In this document: positions 24,513-37,020 of the stretch, one piece after another
How the letters are laid out: each line of letters opens with the position of its first letter
Position numbering within the stretch: the first letter of the stretch is position 1
From: Bispira polyomma
Taxonomy: Eukaryota
Assembly (NCBI GenBank): GCA_965649765.1
Contig: OZ287753.1
Coordinates: 57,412,001 to 57,476,000, forward strand
Direction of reading: 5' to 3'
DNA length: 64,000 bases
Program-made: the position numbers and the translations under genes
Notes under the pieces: model-generated
Seen by the model: only the letters and a program-made list of their open reading frames with translations
Database searches by the model: none
What the model was told of the DNA's origin: nothing

Positions 24513-25722
24513 CTAGCACCTGACCCCGTTACTCCCAGAACCTTTGTCGGTTAGCACCTGAGATCATTTGTTACTCCCAGAACCTTTGTCTGTTGGCCAG
24601 CACCTGAGACCATTTGTTACTCCCAGAACCTTTGTCTTTCGGCCAGCACCTGACCGCATTACTCCCAGAACCTTTGTCTGTCGGCCAGCACCTAACCCCA
24701 TTACTCCCAAAACCTTTGTCTGTCGGCCAGCACCTGACCCCATTACTCCCAGAACCTTTGTCGGTTAGCACCTGAGACCATTTGTTACTCTTAGAAGCTT
24801 TGTCTGTTGGCCAGCACCTGAGACCATTTGTTACTCCCAGAACCTTTGTCTGTCGGCCAGCACCTGACCCCATTACTCCCAGAACCTTTATCGGTTAGCA
24901 CCTGAGACCATTTGTTACTCCCAGAACCTTTGTCTGTCGGCCAGCACCTGAGACCATTTGTTACTCCCAGAACCTTTGTCAGCCAGCACCTGACCCCATT
25001 TGTAACTTTCAGAACCTTTGTCTGTCGGCCAGCACCTGAGACAATTTGTAAATCCCAGAACCTTTGTCTGTCGGCCAGCACCTGAGACCATTTGTTACTC
25101 CCAGAGCCTTTGTCTGTCGGCCAGCACCTGACCCCATTTGTTACTTCCAGAACCTTTGTCTGTCGGGTAGTACCCGAGACCATTTGTTACTCCCAGAACC
25201 TTTGTCTGTCGGCTAGTACCTGATACCATTTGTTACTCCCAGAACTTTCGTCTGTCGGCTAGTACCTGAGACAATTTGTTACTACCAGAACCTTTGTCAG
25301 CTAGTACCTGAGACCATTTGTTACAGCCAGAACCTTTGTCTGTCGGCTAGCACCTGACAGCATTTATTACTTCCAGAACCTTTGTCTGTCGGCCAGCACC
25401 TGAGACCATGTGTTACTCCCAGAACCTTTGTCTGTCGGCTAGCACCTGACCCCATTTGTTACTTCCAGAACCTTTGTCGGCCAGCACCTGAGACCATTTG
25501 TTACTCCCAGAACCTTTGTCTGTCGGCTAGCACCTGACCCCATTTGTTGCTCCCAGAACCTTTGTCTGTCGGCTAGCACCTGACCCCATTTGTTGCTCCC
25601 AGAACCTTTGTCTGTCGGCCAGCACCTGAGACCATTTGTTACTCCCAAAACCTTTGTCTGTCGGACAGCACCTGAGACAATTTGTTACTCCCAGAATCTT
25701 TGTCTGCTGGCTAGCACCTGAC
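24513..25722. repeat. 46-bp minisatellite with shorter variants, about 27 copies
   Basis: AGAACCTTTGTCTGTCGGCCAGCACCTGAGACCATTTGTTACTCCC. Confidence 0.95.
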
Positions 25723-27386
25723 AAAAACCCAGTCGAAAGGGTTAAAATTAAAACAATTACCATGGATTTTTAGGATGCCCTCTTTGAGACTTAGTCCAAC
25801 AAATAAATGACCGCTGGCACGAATATGATACGTCATCTTTTTTCCACTGACCAACAAAATGGTCAGCTTTTCATTAATTAAGGCCAAGTCATCTGCAAAA
25901 TAAAACATTACCTCCAGTTTCAGTTTTCGCCCATTAAAAGAAATGTTAACTGTGCTTCAAGATTACCTGATAGCAAATATTAACACATTAGGAGAATTGT
26001 TAACTATGCTTTAAGAAATCGATAAATGTTTTCAGCTGATAAGAAATATTGATATATTAAGAAAAGTGTTAACTCTGTAAATTTATGCATTTTATCAACT
26101 AATAACACATATTGTCACATCTTTGACACCCGGCCCTTTTTCCAACTGATTGTGTACGTATATTTTACGATATGATATATTTTACACCAACCAAAGGCAT
26201 ATGGTAGCAATATGAATTACGATGTATGCTTTTCGGAGGCTAAAGACACACCCACGGTCTCACATTAAACTGACAATTCATATATATTCTGCCCTGTGAA
26301 TATGTCTTGTCATAGCTTGTGTAGATTGCAAAATACTTAGTCTGTGATAAAAAAATTCATACCAATTGTCCAACAACCAGCAGGTTGTGGTTGAACACCT
26401 CGCCACCAAGCCCGGGGCTCGTAATAGTGCTATGGTCAACATGTCTACCTCAATTACCTCAATTGAAACAAACTGGCTCAACTATTTGGATCCAATGTTT
26501 GGCTAGAATTAGATAGGCATGTATTCACAAAGGGTCTAAAGTCAATATTTTGTCCTAAATCTAAGACAAAAAAATGTCTCAAATTGAGTGGTATTCACAA
26601 AACGGGTCTGCCAAGTTTTTGTCTTAAAGTTAAGACTAGTAGTTGGGAGGTGTCTTAAATATATACCAAAAAGTCTTAATTTGTCTGAATATAGGGCCAT
26701 AATTAAGGTTTTTATGATTTGAATTAAACTTAAGTAGATCATGTGATGTTAAAATTTATAAATTAATATACTACATGGTTTTTTTCTTGCTAAAATATAT
26801 ACAAATCTTGTTTAAAATTATAGTTCACAAATACTAACGTTTTTAATCAAATATTCAAACAATGTGTTTGTTTAAATTTTACAAATTTGACATTTGGTCC
26901 GAGTTTAGTCTTAACTAAGACCTTTTCTGGAAATAGCAACTTCGAGACTTTATCAGATATACCAGAAAGGAAACATACTTCCACCTTATTGTAAGACAAA
27001 TGGGCAGATTCATACAAAGCTAGCTTGTCATTTACATGCAAAACATTTTCAACATATATTTAATGTATTTCATATGTAACATAATACTTATTATTCATAT
27101 TAAATACATTAAAAATCGCAAAAAATATCAACCATGTGATTTGAAGAGCTTATATAGCTCCATACAGTACCGTTGTAGGTGAGCTGTGGTTGTTGGTCAC
27201 CAATGTGCATTGAGTACAAAGTATCACCCATGGGGCTCCCATCACCTGATGCAATAGTAAACAGCACACACAAGCGGTTCTTTCCCATTTTTGACTTTCC
27301 AAAAGCAGTAGAAATCAATTCTATCTGACAGGCGTCTACGTAACTAGAAACAAGTCGCGAAACAGTAGACTGGTTACAAAAAATGG

Positions 27387-27890
27387 TGACGTAATCGTTA
27401 GTTATGGTTAAGTCCACTTTAAAAAAACGGTGGATAGAAATATCAACAGTGATTTAATACAAATCAATGTATGTACATAATGACGTAAACTAAGACCAAA
27501 TCAGGTGCTTTTCAAATATATGTTGGTATAAGCTACTTGAGACGTGAAAATTAACTGATATTAATCGTATATTACTCCTACACAAAGCTTTGTAACCTTT
27601 TCCAAAGTTCCTTTGTTGACGACACATTAGGTGACGTCACTAGTTAAGACAACAGTTAAATTACGTCACATTTAAGGGGGATATGAACGTTTTTACGGAC
27701 ACATTTTTGCACTGCCGATAAATCATTATGCATTTGCGCTAGTTCTTTTTAATCTTTACACACTTTGGCAGTCTTAAAATAAGTCTTCAGTGAATTCCTA
27801 AACAATTTGAAACTTGAATAGCTTGCTACAAAGTGATTAAAATACCCATACCACGATCCTTGCATTGTGACGTCACACAATATAAAAACT
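27387..27890. promoter_or_regulatory. CRE/ATF motif cluster ending in a TATA-like box
   Basis: TGACGTAA 27387 and 27481; TGACGTCA 27632 and 27868; TTACGTCA 27661; TATAAAA 27881. Confidence 0.35.
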
Positions 27891-29061
27891 ATAAACGAGC
27901 TTCATATTTGCACACAATCCTCGGGGAGAAGCCTTTGTATTGTGACATGTTACAATAGTATTGATCGAGCATATATAAAGATATTATATCCACCAAACAA
28001 CTATGAAAAACATGTATATTGTTTTGAGTGATTTACTTTTTCGAATATCTTTTTTTTTTTATTTTCGAAAAATGCAAAAAGACATTTATGTTTGCAAAAA
28101 AGTAAATTAAATGGTTTTGTAAAATTAACTGTGCGAGTCTGTTTAATTAAAAAACGAAATCATTCAAAATGACACTGAAGTATTTCTTTTTCTAGTGATG
28201 TATAATATTTCAATATATACTGGTAGGTCGTACATATTTCCTCGTTTGTGTAATTTAATTTTACTTTTTACTCTATTTTTAGCTCTACAGTAAATTTCAA
28301 CAACTTTAACAATGAAGTTCAACCTCGTATTTAATCATTGCATGGAATGCAACAGGCTAGGATGGTTTAATCACAGGCGAAGCAGAATATATTTATTGCA
28401 ACTCAATATTTGGAGCAACAGGAACAGATGGGTATCACCAGAAGACCCCTTTTCACAAACTATATGAACTTTATTGAGACTTTGTTTGATTTTTACTGTG
28501 TTTTTTAGTACTCCTCACCAAATTTTTTTAACCTTCTGTCATTATCGCTTACATACCTCATTCCACGCATCCATTTTGCGAATTTCGCATCCCTGTTTTT
28601 GCTATGTAACTTGCTCACACATATTTTTGGTTTTTTTAACTGTTTTACTAACATTATAAAACTTTGCATTCTGCGATTGTTTTGCTGTATTTTGTTACAT
28701 TTTTTTAAAAATGTGTAAGTACTGTTTCATACTGTTGCCCTGCATAGTTCTGGTCGGTGTCAGTGTACATACGTGGAGTGTCTTTTGAACTTCGCTCATC
28801 ATGCCTTACTTTTCTGGATAAGGGTAACCCCTAATTTTTATGCTTTCAACTACATATAACCTGTCGACTCAACTCCCGATGAAAACCTCTGCTGACCTCA
28901 ATACGGAGACATCAGCATAAATCCGGGGACTTCAGCATCCATGCAAATAATTTTTTACCTGGTTGGTCACACAGATGTCACTCCTTACCTACCTTGCTGT
29001 AGTCACACAACAGCCCTCCTACCTTGATTCCCTTCTCTCTTTCAGTAACCGTAAGAGAGGG

Positions 29062-29354
29062 TTTTTTTTTTTAATTTGGATATTAAACGTCCACTCTAGT
29101 ACCTGTTTTTAATTTGGATATTTAACGTCCACTCTAGTACCTGTTTAGGTTATATTGGGATGGGTAGTTGGAAACGCTGGAGGAAACACTGCATACAGTT
29201 GATCAAGGTTCTGCACTGAAACCAGCGGCCCACAGTAAGGAACTACCACCTTTCCCACATAGGCATTGATGGGATTCGAACTCACACTGCCCAGAGGTGA
29301 GAGACCAGTGATTGTGAAGCGCAATGCTTGCTAACCACTAGGCCACGCGGCCCC
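29062..29354 (-). mobile_element. tRNA-derived SINE with duplicated 3' end
   Basis: Near-identical to 4692-4952; 38-bp tail segment repeated twice. Confidence 0.85.
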
Positions 29355-31589
29355 TAGTGATATCTTGAAGTCTTCATATTGGGCTACAACAGTTTTTGTG
29401 ACCACTGTCTGTTATTGTCATGTCCGTAATTATAAGCGTTCCATAGGCAGGTTGGCATATTTGCTTTCACAGTGGGTTTTTATTTCCTTCCACTATGTAG
29501 ACTCTGACAGCTTTCCTTGCAGAACTTTACTTTTCAACTGTGTGGATTTTCTTCATATTTAACACACAGTAACAGTGCATCTTGAGGTAAATTTTTTGTC
29601 AGTCATCCATTCTACATTTGTGTTAGTGAAATGAATTTAGTAACCCAGTTTTGTAATATTTAACTTTAACAAACCTATCAGTTTATGTTATGTGGAGAAG
29701 CTTCATTTTTGTCCTACAAAAACAATTTTTTGTATTCTAGTCTAGTATTCTTTTAAAGTGGATTAACTGTAAAATATTGAACCAACCAAATTTAATAAAT
29801 TTATTTAATTTTATTTAGTAATATTAAATGGTAGATAAAAATACTAGCATTGCTGGTGTCTTGTATTTAGGATACATACCTTTAGAGCCCACTTAATCAG
29901 TTCCATTCTTACTTACCAGTGTTTACAGTGACTAGGGGTCATCTCAACAGTTCTACATCCTTACCTTATGTAACCACGAGTGTTCTCAGTTACTGGGGAC
30001 CATCTCCCTGTAGACATCGGATTGCCTCAACTACATCCACAGCGTTACCCACAGCCCTTCCCAGGGGATTGTTTATGTTGCTCAACACAGCTGTGGTTTT
30101 CATACCTTGGCCATTGCTTACACTGACCTGTGTGGTGACAACAGGAGCTTGGTGTTAATGTAGGTTTAATATACCTTGTTGCCTAGTTTCAGGAAAATCA
30201 GGGGGTATACACCCCGACCCCTATACACCCCCACATTCTTCCTCACGACCGTGGCTATGTGTTTTGGACTTCTCTATTGGTTAACTAAATGTTGTTGCAC
30301 TTTAAAAGATACCTTGTATGGATAGGGTTCGTTAAAAAATCGTTAATCGTGCGTTAAAAAATCCAATACTGCCAACCACAGTATAAACAATAGTACAGAG
30401 TATGATGGTACTGAAAGATTTCCTCAAAGAATTGACCCAGGCAGGAAATTTTTTACACATTTAAATTCTTACTCAGGGTGCAAAATTATTCACCATCAGA
30501 ACAACTGAATATGGGTTATGTAAATCATAGCTAAAATGATTTATGTCACATAAACAGTACCAACAAATATTGGCTAAATATTATAATTCTTTCTAGATGC
30601 TGGAATGTAACTACCTTTGTTTCTGAAGCTTTTTGTTACTGAACGCATTTTCTCTGTTGAAAAACAGAAATTTAAACATAATCTGACCTTTAAAGAAGTG
30701 ACACAGGAACAGAATTTAATACAGCAAAGTGAACCATATAATACGTCCTTTTTACATTGTAGTATGTGAGGTGTATATTATAGTAACATATCCTTTAACT
30801 GACATTTTGTTTCTTAATTTATACTTATAACTAGTGCTGTCGTCTCTTTCAGTTATTGTAAAGTTTCTGGCTAGTATTTATACCATTTGTATCAATTAAG
30901 TTTTCTCATATTTACAATGTGTTAAAGTGTAGCCCAAGTGTACTGTTGCATATTAGAGAGAAATCATTTGGATACAGAACCATTCCATACTAGAGTTTTT
31001 GCAAGTATCAGTGTCTCTTTATAAGACTTGAGGAAAGCTCCTCGACCACACTTCACATCCAGTACCAGCCTAGAAAGTCTCTGCTGCCTTCTTTGATATT
31101 TTTGAGGCTGAAGAAGAAAAGGTTAAACACTTCATTCATGAGCACTGCTTCGTATACAATACATGTTGTTTGTATTATTACTACACAGGTATTTTAATAA
31201 ATATACAGCACAATGTTTCTATGTAGGTTTTTTCACAGTTCATTCATATCCCTTTAATCAAAACTGCTGTCAAATACATTTTACTTTTACCAGTTTTATG
31301 TTGTTCTACACTATTATTTTATAGAATAGAACATAGGAGAACCACTCTGAACGTATATTTCATTGAACCTGTATTTATTGTAAGACTCGAAACACAGTAT
31401 TTGTGAACCTACTATGTTTATATTCTTGGGAATAGTACATTGTTTACTCAATTTACTTTAACCAGAAAGGATGCTATTAATGACATTACGTTGGTTGTTT
31501 TATCATTATTATGACTTTATTTTCTGAAAGGTCTGACAAGGAAAATAGCACAGATGTATGAGAGGTTACCTCAGCTACAATTAGTATAA

Positions 31590-34456
31590 AGTGGTGATTT
31601 CACTATCAAGTTCGATCGGGACAGTGGCCCCGATTTCAAAGTCGGGAAGGTCGTGACCAAAAATTGTAAAAAATCCACTTTTTAGGTGGGAAAATGAAAA
31701 TGTGCCCCGACCTTGCCGATTGAACTGATTGCACCCCGTTTTGAAGGGGCCACGACCCGATCTGACGTAAACTTTGAGCTCCATTGACCCCCGACCTTTC
31801 CAACCTTGATAGGATCGAACTTATTGACGATAGGATCTGACGTATTGGCCTGGGATCGAACGTATTGACTATAGGATCTGACGTATCTGTCATCCTGACC
31901 AATAGGATCAAACTTTCTCACAAATGAAGTCGGGAGTGCTTTCAGACCCTTTTTGAGCCCTAAAACTCTTTTTGAGTAATCAGGTCATTAATAATTGAGT
32001 AATCGAGTACAATGTCAGGAACAAATGATGAAGATTTTTTGAGAAGACTAGGGATATTTTTTTGTTTCCGTGTGCTTATATTACAACATGAGGAAAACAA
32101 GGCCCAGGCTCAGGCTTGAATTGAACCCAACACCACCACATGCCCCTTGGGCTTCCCCGGAGAAGATTAGACTTCCACGTATGTCATCCATCCACTGGGT
32201 CAAGCCTTGGATCAGGCAGAGAGAGGCCCAAGGCTACTACACAAACTTAATGCCCAAGCTAGAGGAAGGCGATGCACCCACATACAGGAATTTTTTCAGG
32301 CTACCACCTGATATATTTGAAGATATCGAGGAGAGGATAACACCCCATGTGAAAAGAGCCATAACTTGGTACAGAAAGCCCTTGGATGTTGGACTGAAAC
32401 TGGCTGTAACTTTGAGATACCTGGCCACTGGGGAGAGCTACAGTTCCCCATCGTACCAGTTCAGGGTGGGGAAATCCACTATTACCAAGTTTATACCACA
32501 AGTGTGCAAGGCCATCATCAAGTAGTACAAGGTTGAAACTCCAGCCTGCTCAACCACCCTTGCTGAGTGGCTGAAACTGGAGGAAGTTTTCAGAACCAGA
32601 TGGAATGTCCCTCATGCTGTGGGATCTATTGACGGGAAGCACGTGGCCATCAAGAAGCCTCCCAAGGCTGGGAGTGAATTTTAAAACTACAAAGGCTTCC
32701 ACTCCATTGTCCTGTTTGCCCTGGTTAATGCAGACCACAGATTTATTTGGGTGGACATTGACTGCGATGGTTGCTGTTCAGACACCCAATTTTTCAACTA
32801 CTCATAGCTTAAGCACAAGATAAAAGATGGCTGCCCAGACCTGCACCACTGTTTGAGGAGTCTTGACGTGACATGGATTACTTCCTGCTGGGGGACGACG
32901 TTTTCGCCCCGAAAACGTGGATGATGAAACCCTACTCAAGGAGGGAACTCACTCATGAACAGAGAATTTGTAACTACAGGATATCCAGGGGAAGGCGGGT
33001 GGTGGAGAACGCTTTTGGGATTTTGACCAGCCGTTTCCGCCTATTACTGACAACGATGCAACAACAACCCCTAGTGGCTTCAAATCTGACATTGACATAT
33101 GTGATATTACATAATATATTGAGAAGCCGGTGTGGAAACCCACCCCAACCAACAAGATGATCCATCTGAGCCTGAGAAGATGAACCGGCCAACAACAGAA
33201 ACGCATTCAGGGTGGCAAAAGAACAGAGGGACGTGTTAATGGTCTTTTCATAGTTGATGGGGCAGTTCCGTGGCAAAATGAAAGAGTTTAACCTGAGCCT
33301 GAGCCTAACCACCTGAGCAAAATGAGAAGCCAACACAGAGGTCTTGCAGTAGCTGAAAATCTTTTAATGTTTGTGGGGGGACAAGTTATCTTGTATGTAT
33401 GAACGGTCACAAGGTGTTACATGTAGGTGTGCTGGGTTTGACATTTAGTGATTGTGATTGGTAAGGGGGTGGGGTGAGGGTGTAACAAACAGCTCAAACA
33501 TTGTTCTTGAAATATTCGGGTGGTCCTGAAAAGTACCAGGCATTCCCTCCAAGGAATCCTTCACTCCTTGTGAAGCATCCTCTCTCAGACTCTCTGCCCT
33601 CTCACTCACTGCTGGACTCCCTCTGTCATCTCTCCTCTTTTTCTCAAGTTCATCAGATGAAACTCCAAGTTCAAAGCCCCTCTCCTTCTCCTTTTATACA
33701 ATCTTCCTTTTCAATCTCCTCAATCTTGGCATCTTGATATATATGATAAAAAAACCTAAGCCGTAAAACTTGCCCTAAACTCAAAACATATAACTAATTA
33801 AAAACAATAAAAACACAACTCTTGTAACCAGCCAGCAATCTTCAAATACAACGAGTCCAGTACTGCCGGGATGTTTTTATACCTAAACACCCCGAACTGC
33901 ATAAGTTCGTTCCTATTGGTCGATACTAAATATGTCAGATCCTACTGCTGATAAGTTCTGTCCTATTCTCCCCTGGTCGATCTTTTACCTCTCCTGGCAG
34001 ATCTGATAGCCAATACCTTCTGTCCTGCTGTGTTAAGTTCAATGGGGGTAAAAAAAGTATTCACACCAAGTACTGGCGGGGTGACAAAAAGTACAATCGG
34101 GGAGCAATACGTCAGATTGGGAGTCGCATAAGTTCGATCGGATTGCAGGCCTGGCCTGTCCTATTTAAAAAGGGGCGGGTCCCAATAGGACAGGCTGGGC
34201 CAGCAATAGGACAGACCGAAAGTGTGCCCCGACCTATCCAACAGAACATCTTGGCAATAGGATCAAAAGTATTCACGGTCCCGATTTTGAGGTCCGCTAC
34301 CACAAGTCGGGACACTTTTACAAAATATCAAACATGTTTGATATTCTTCCCGACCTTCCAGACCATCCCAATTTTGCTCCTCGACCTTCCCGTACACGCC
34401 CCGGACCTCAAAGTCGGGAAGGTCGAGGACCAAATCCTGATAGTGGAACCACCACT
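31590..34456 (+). mobile_element. PIF/Harbinger DNA transposon (defective)
   Basis: TIR AGTGGTG(A/G)TT(T/C)CACTATCA; TAA TSD (31587-31589, 34457-34459); subterminal about 21-bp GATAGGATC repeats; internal transposase. Confidence 0.9.
32181..33290 (+). pseudogene. Harbinger (HARBI1-like, DDE_Tnp_4) transposase pseudogene
   Basis: KLAVTLRYLATGES, GSIDGKHV, NYKGFHSIVL, LLGDDVF, NYRISRGRRVVENAFGIL; several stops and a frameshift. Confidence 0.9.
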
Positions 34457-34539
34457 TAAAGACGTTAATAGCATATCAATGTCGGAATGAATTAACCCGT
34501 GAAATTTTTATGGATTGATGCACCAATCAAATGCTGTGG

Positions 34540-35266
34540 TGATAGGATGGTGCTGTAGACACAACCTATTTCTGATCCGTATTAAGTGTAAACGTGAAAA
34601 CTGCCAAGGTGAATACTTCTAAAAGCAATGATGTAGAGCTATAGATGTATTTACACTGTGGTATAACCAAAACAGAGACCATGAATTTTCTATCAGAACT
34701 AAATCTTTCTTTTCAATGTCAAAATTTACTATCCAAAACCTCATACAATTTCTCAGATCATACTTGGAAAAATCTTTTGTTTTTCAGAGTGCCCTAACTA
34801 CAGGGTTTAATTACCAGATCACTTCAATCCAATGGACCCATTACATCAGAGAAGTTATGAGCGAGTATGTCTGAGTTAACAGCATAGACAAACGATTCCA
34901 GGAATAAAAGTCCAAATAGATTAATCCCTTTTTGGCCGAAAAGTCAAATACCACCGAGGAAATCTTATGCACGAACTGCGAGTTTAGATATTTGGAATGG
35001 TCCAATGTAACTCAAGCAAGATAATTTTATATCCTGTGAAAAAAATGCACCAAAGAGACACTTACTCTAATCATCGAAAAATATGTTGTCAAATGTGCAA
35101 CTATATACTAAGATTCATGGTCTGCATACCTTAAACTGAATGAGTATGGCTTCAACCATAAAACATGCTTTAAGCAGAAACACAAAAATGTCGAAACAGG
35201 TCTAATTGCAGAAGTCCACACGAATCAAATCAAAGGCGCGTGGAAACACTTTCGAAAAATGAATGG
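34540..35266 (+). pseudogene. Merlin (IS1016/IS1595-like) transposase remnant
   Basis: Not in ORF track; SIRTKSFF, VQID*SLFGRKVKYHRG, IFGMV, LYPV, TKETL, TIY*DSWSAY, HTNQIKGAWKHF. Confidence 0.85.
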
Positions 35267-37020
35267 TATGTACTGAAAAGTTATAATTATGAAGAATTTT
35301 TAATCAGCCTATGTCATTTAAAATTACATAAACGTCACATAAAATAATGAGTATGTTACACACATTGAATAATAAAATATATGTGCAAAAATCCATATGC
35401 ACTTGCCTTATTAAATAAAACGTTCAATTTATATTGATTCATGACAAATGTATTCAGCTTTCTTACCCATTGCAGATTTCCAGAGATTTTCATTTTCCAC
35501 CTGTGATTAATACCAGTCATGTCAGTCCATTTTAGTTTAAATGATGGATTAAGATATCAGAGAAGGGATATTTACCTGTCATGTCGGCAGGATATAGAAA
35601 GGACCAAGCAGCAAGTGCACTGCCAAGTTAGACCAAGCAAGTACTATCATACACCAGGAAGTGATGACATAGTCACGACCACCCAGCAGCAAGTCTACTG
35701 CCTCTTTACAATGCCAATACCAACAAGGTTAGAGCCCGGGTCTTACGGCACCTAATCGCCTTGAAGTGAAGGTTCCCAACTGCAGAGCTGAATTCCCTGG
35801 TAGTCCACACCAGGGGGTCGTTGCAAGCTAAGAACCAACAGCACATAGATCCGAGTCCGGACCTGCTAGGAATGACCTTTGAAGCAGATATACACCATGG
35901 TCACCCAATAGCAAGTCTACTGCCTGTATTTAATGAACACAAGGTGAAATGACAAGAATTCTAATTCATTAGGTATTTCATTACACACATTCATTTGGGC
36001 ATATCTCACTACATAACAGGTTAGCTTGTTAAACATATAACTATAAGCGATATAAGGGTAACAAAGAAAACCCCAAACCCAAAATAATTAGGAAGTAGTT
36101 AATTGTTACTACCCAATGTTACAGCTCTCTTCTTTTTCAGGTTGTACATTGTGGAGACATGATGTATTATGATGGTATTTAGAATGTAAATATGGATGAT
36201 GTTCCACAACTCCATCAGTTAAGGTGTTTTTAAATTTTCAATAATTAATGGTTACTAAAAAAACATTAATGTTTCGTTATTGTCATTACAAATTTATGAA
36301 GTGTAATTTTTTATCGTTTATTTCTTTGACAGATTTTTTTTTTTTTTTTTTATGTTTGGGATGGTGTACCTGTTCATCTAGATGCTGGGAATATTTACGG
36401 ACATTTCCTGTTGCTGTTGATGTGGCTGATTCGAAATTTTAATGTTAGGTTTTTTGGAATAAATAATTATTATGGAATTGACAGAAACTGTTTCTGTTAC
36501 TCATTCGCACTTGTCCACCAATGATCCATAGGAATTTAATGTATCAATTACGATTCAAAATATGGCAACCTTTATATATTTTTGCACATCAAACATTTCA
36601 TTTTGGACGGAATAATAAGTGGAATTGTCATCAACAAGTGGTGATTGTTATGTTACACAGTAGTATGTTCAACACATTTCAATTTAATTGTTCAAAGGGT
36701 GATTTACAATTAAGAGTTACAATTTTCAACAATTTATTTTAAATTGGTATAACACACAATTTTATTGGGTTTGAATGTATGGAAAGATACCTAAACTTAC
36801 GTTGGGGATGTTGTGTAAATATGACAATTCACAACAATAGTTACAACTAATATTATTAGGCTATTAACATCTAGTAAGTAATGTTCACCAAGTCATTACT
36901 TTTTACTACTATGTTAACACTACTAACATTTAATTACTATTTACAGTTTCTTTTTAGCTGTGCAAAGCCTTTCCCTAAGGATGATAACATTTACGAATTT
37001 TAAAACATGATGCACCAGCA

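Noticed and set aside
24568-25763. Repetitive ORFs on both strands
   Set aside because: Products of a 46-bp minisatellite whose unit is not a multiple of 3
29969-30140. TGTAAC..GTGACA possible solo LTR
   Set aside because: No matching TSD and no second copy in the window
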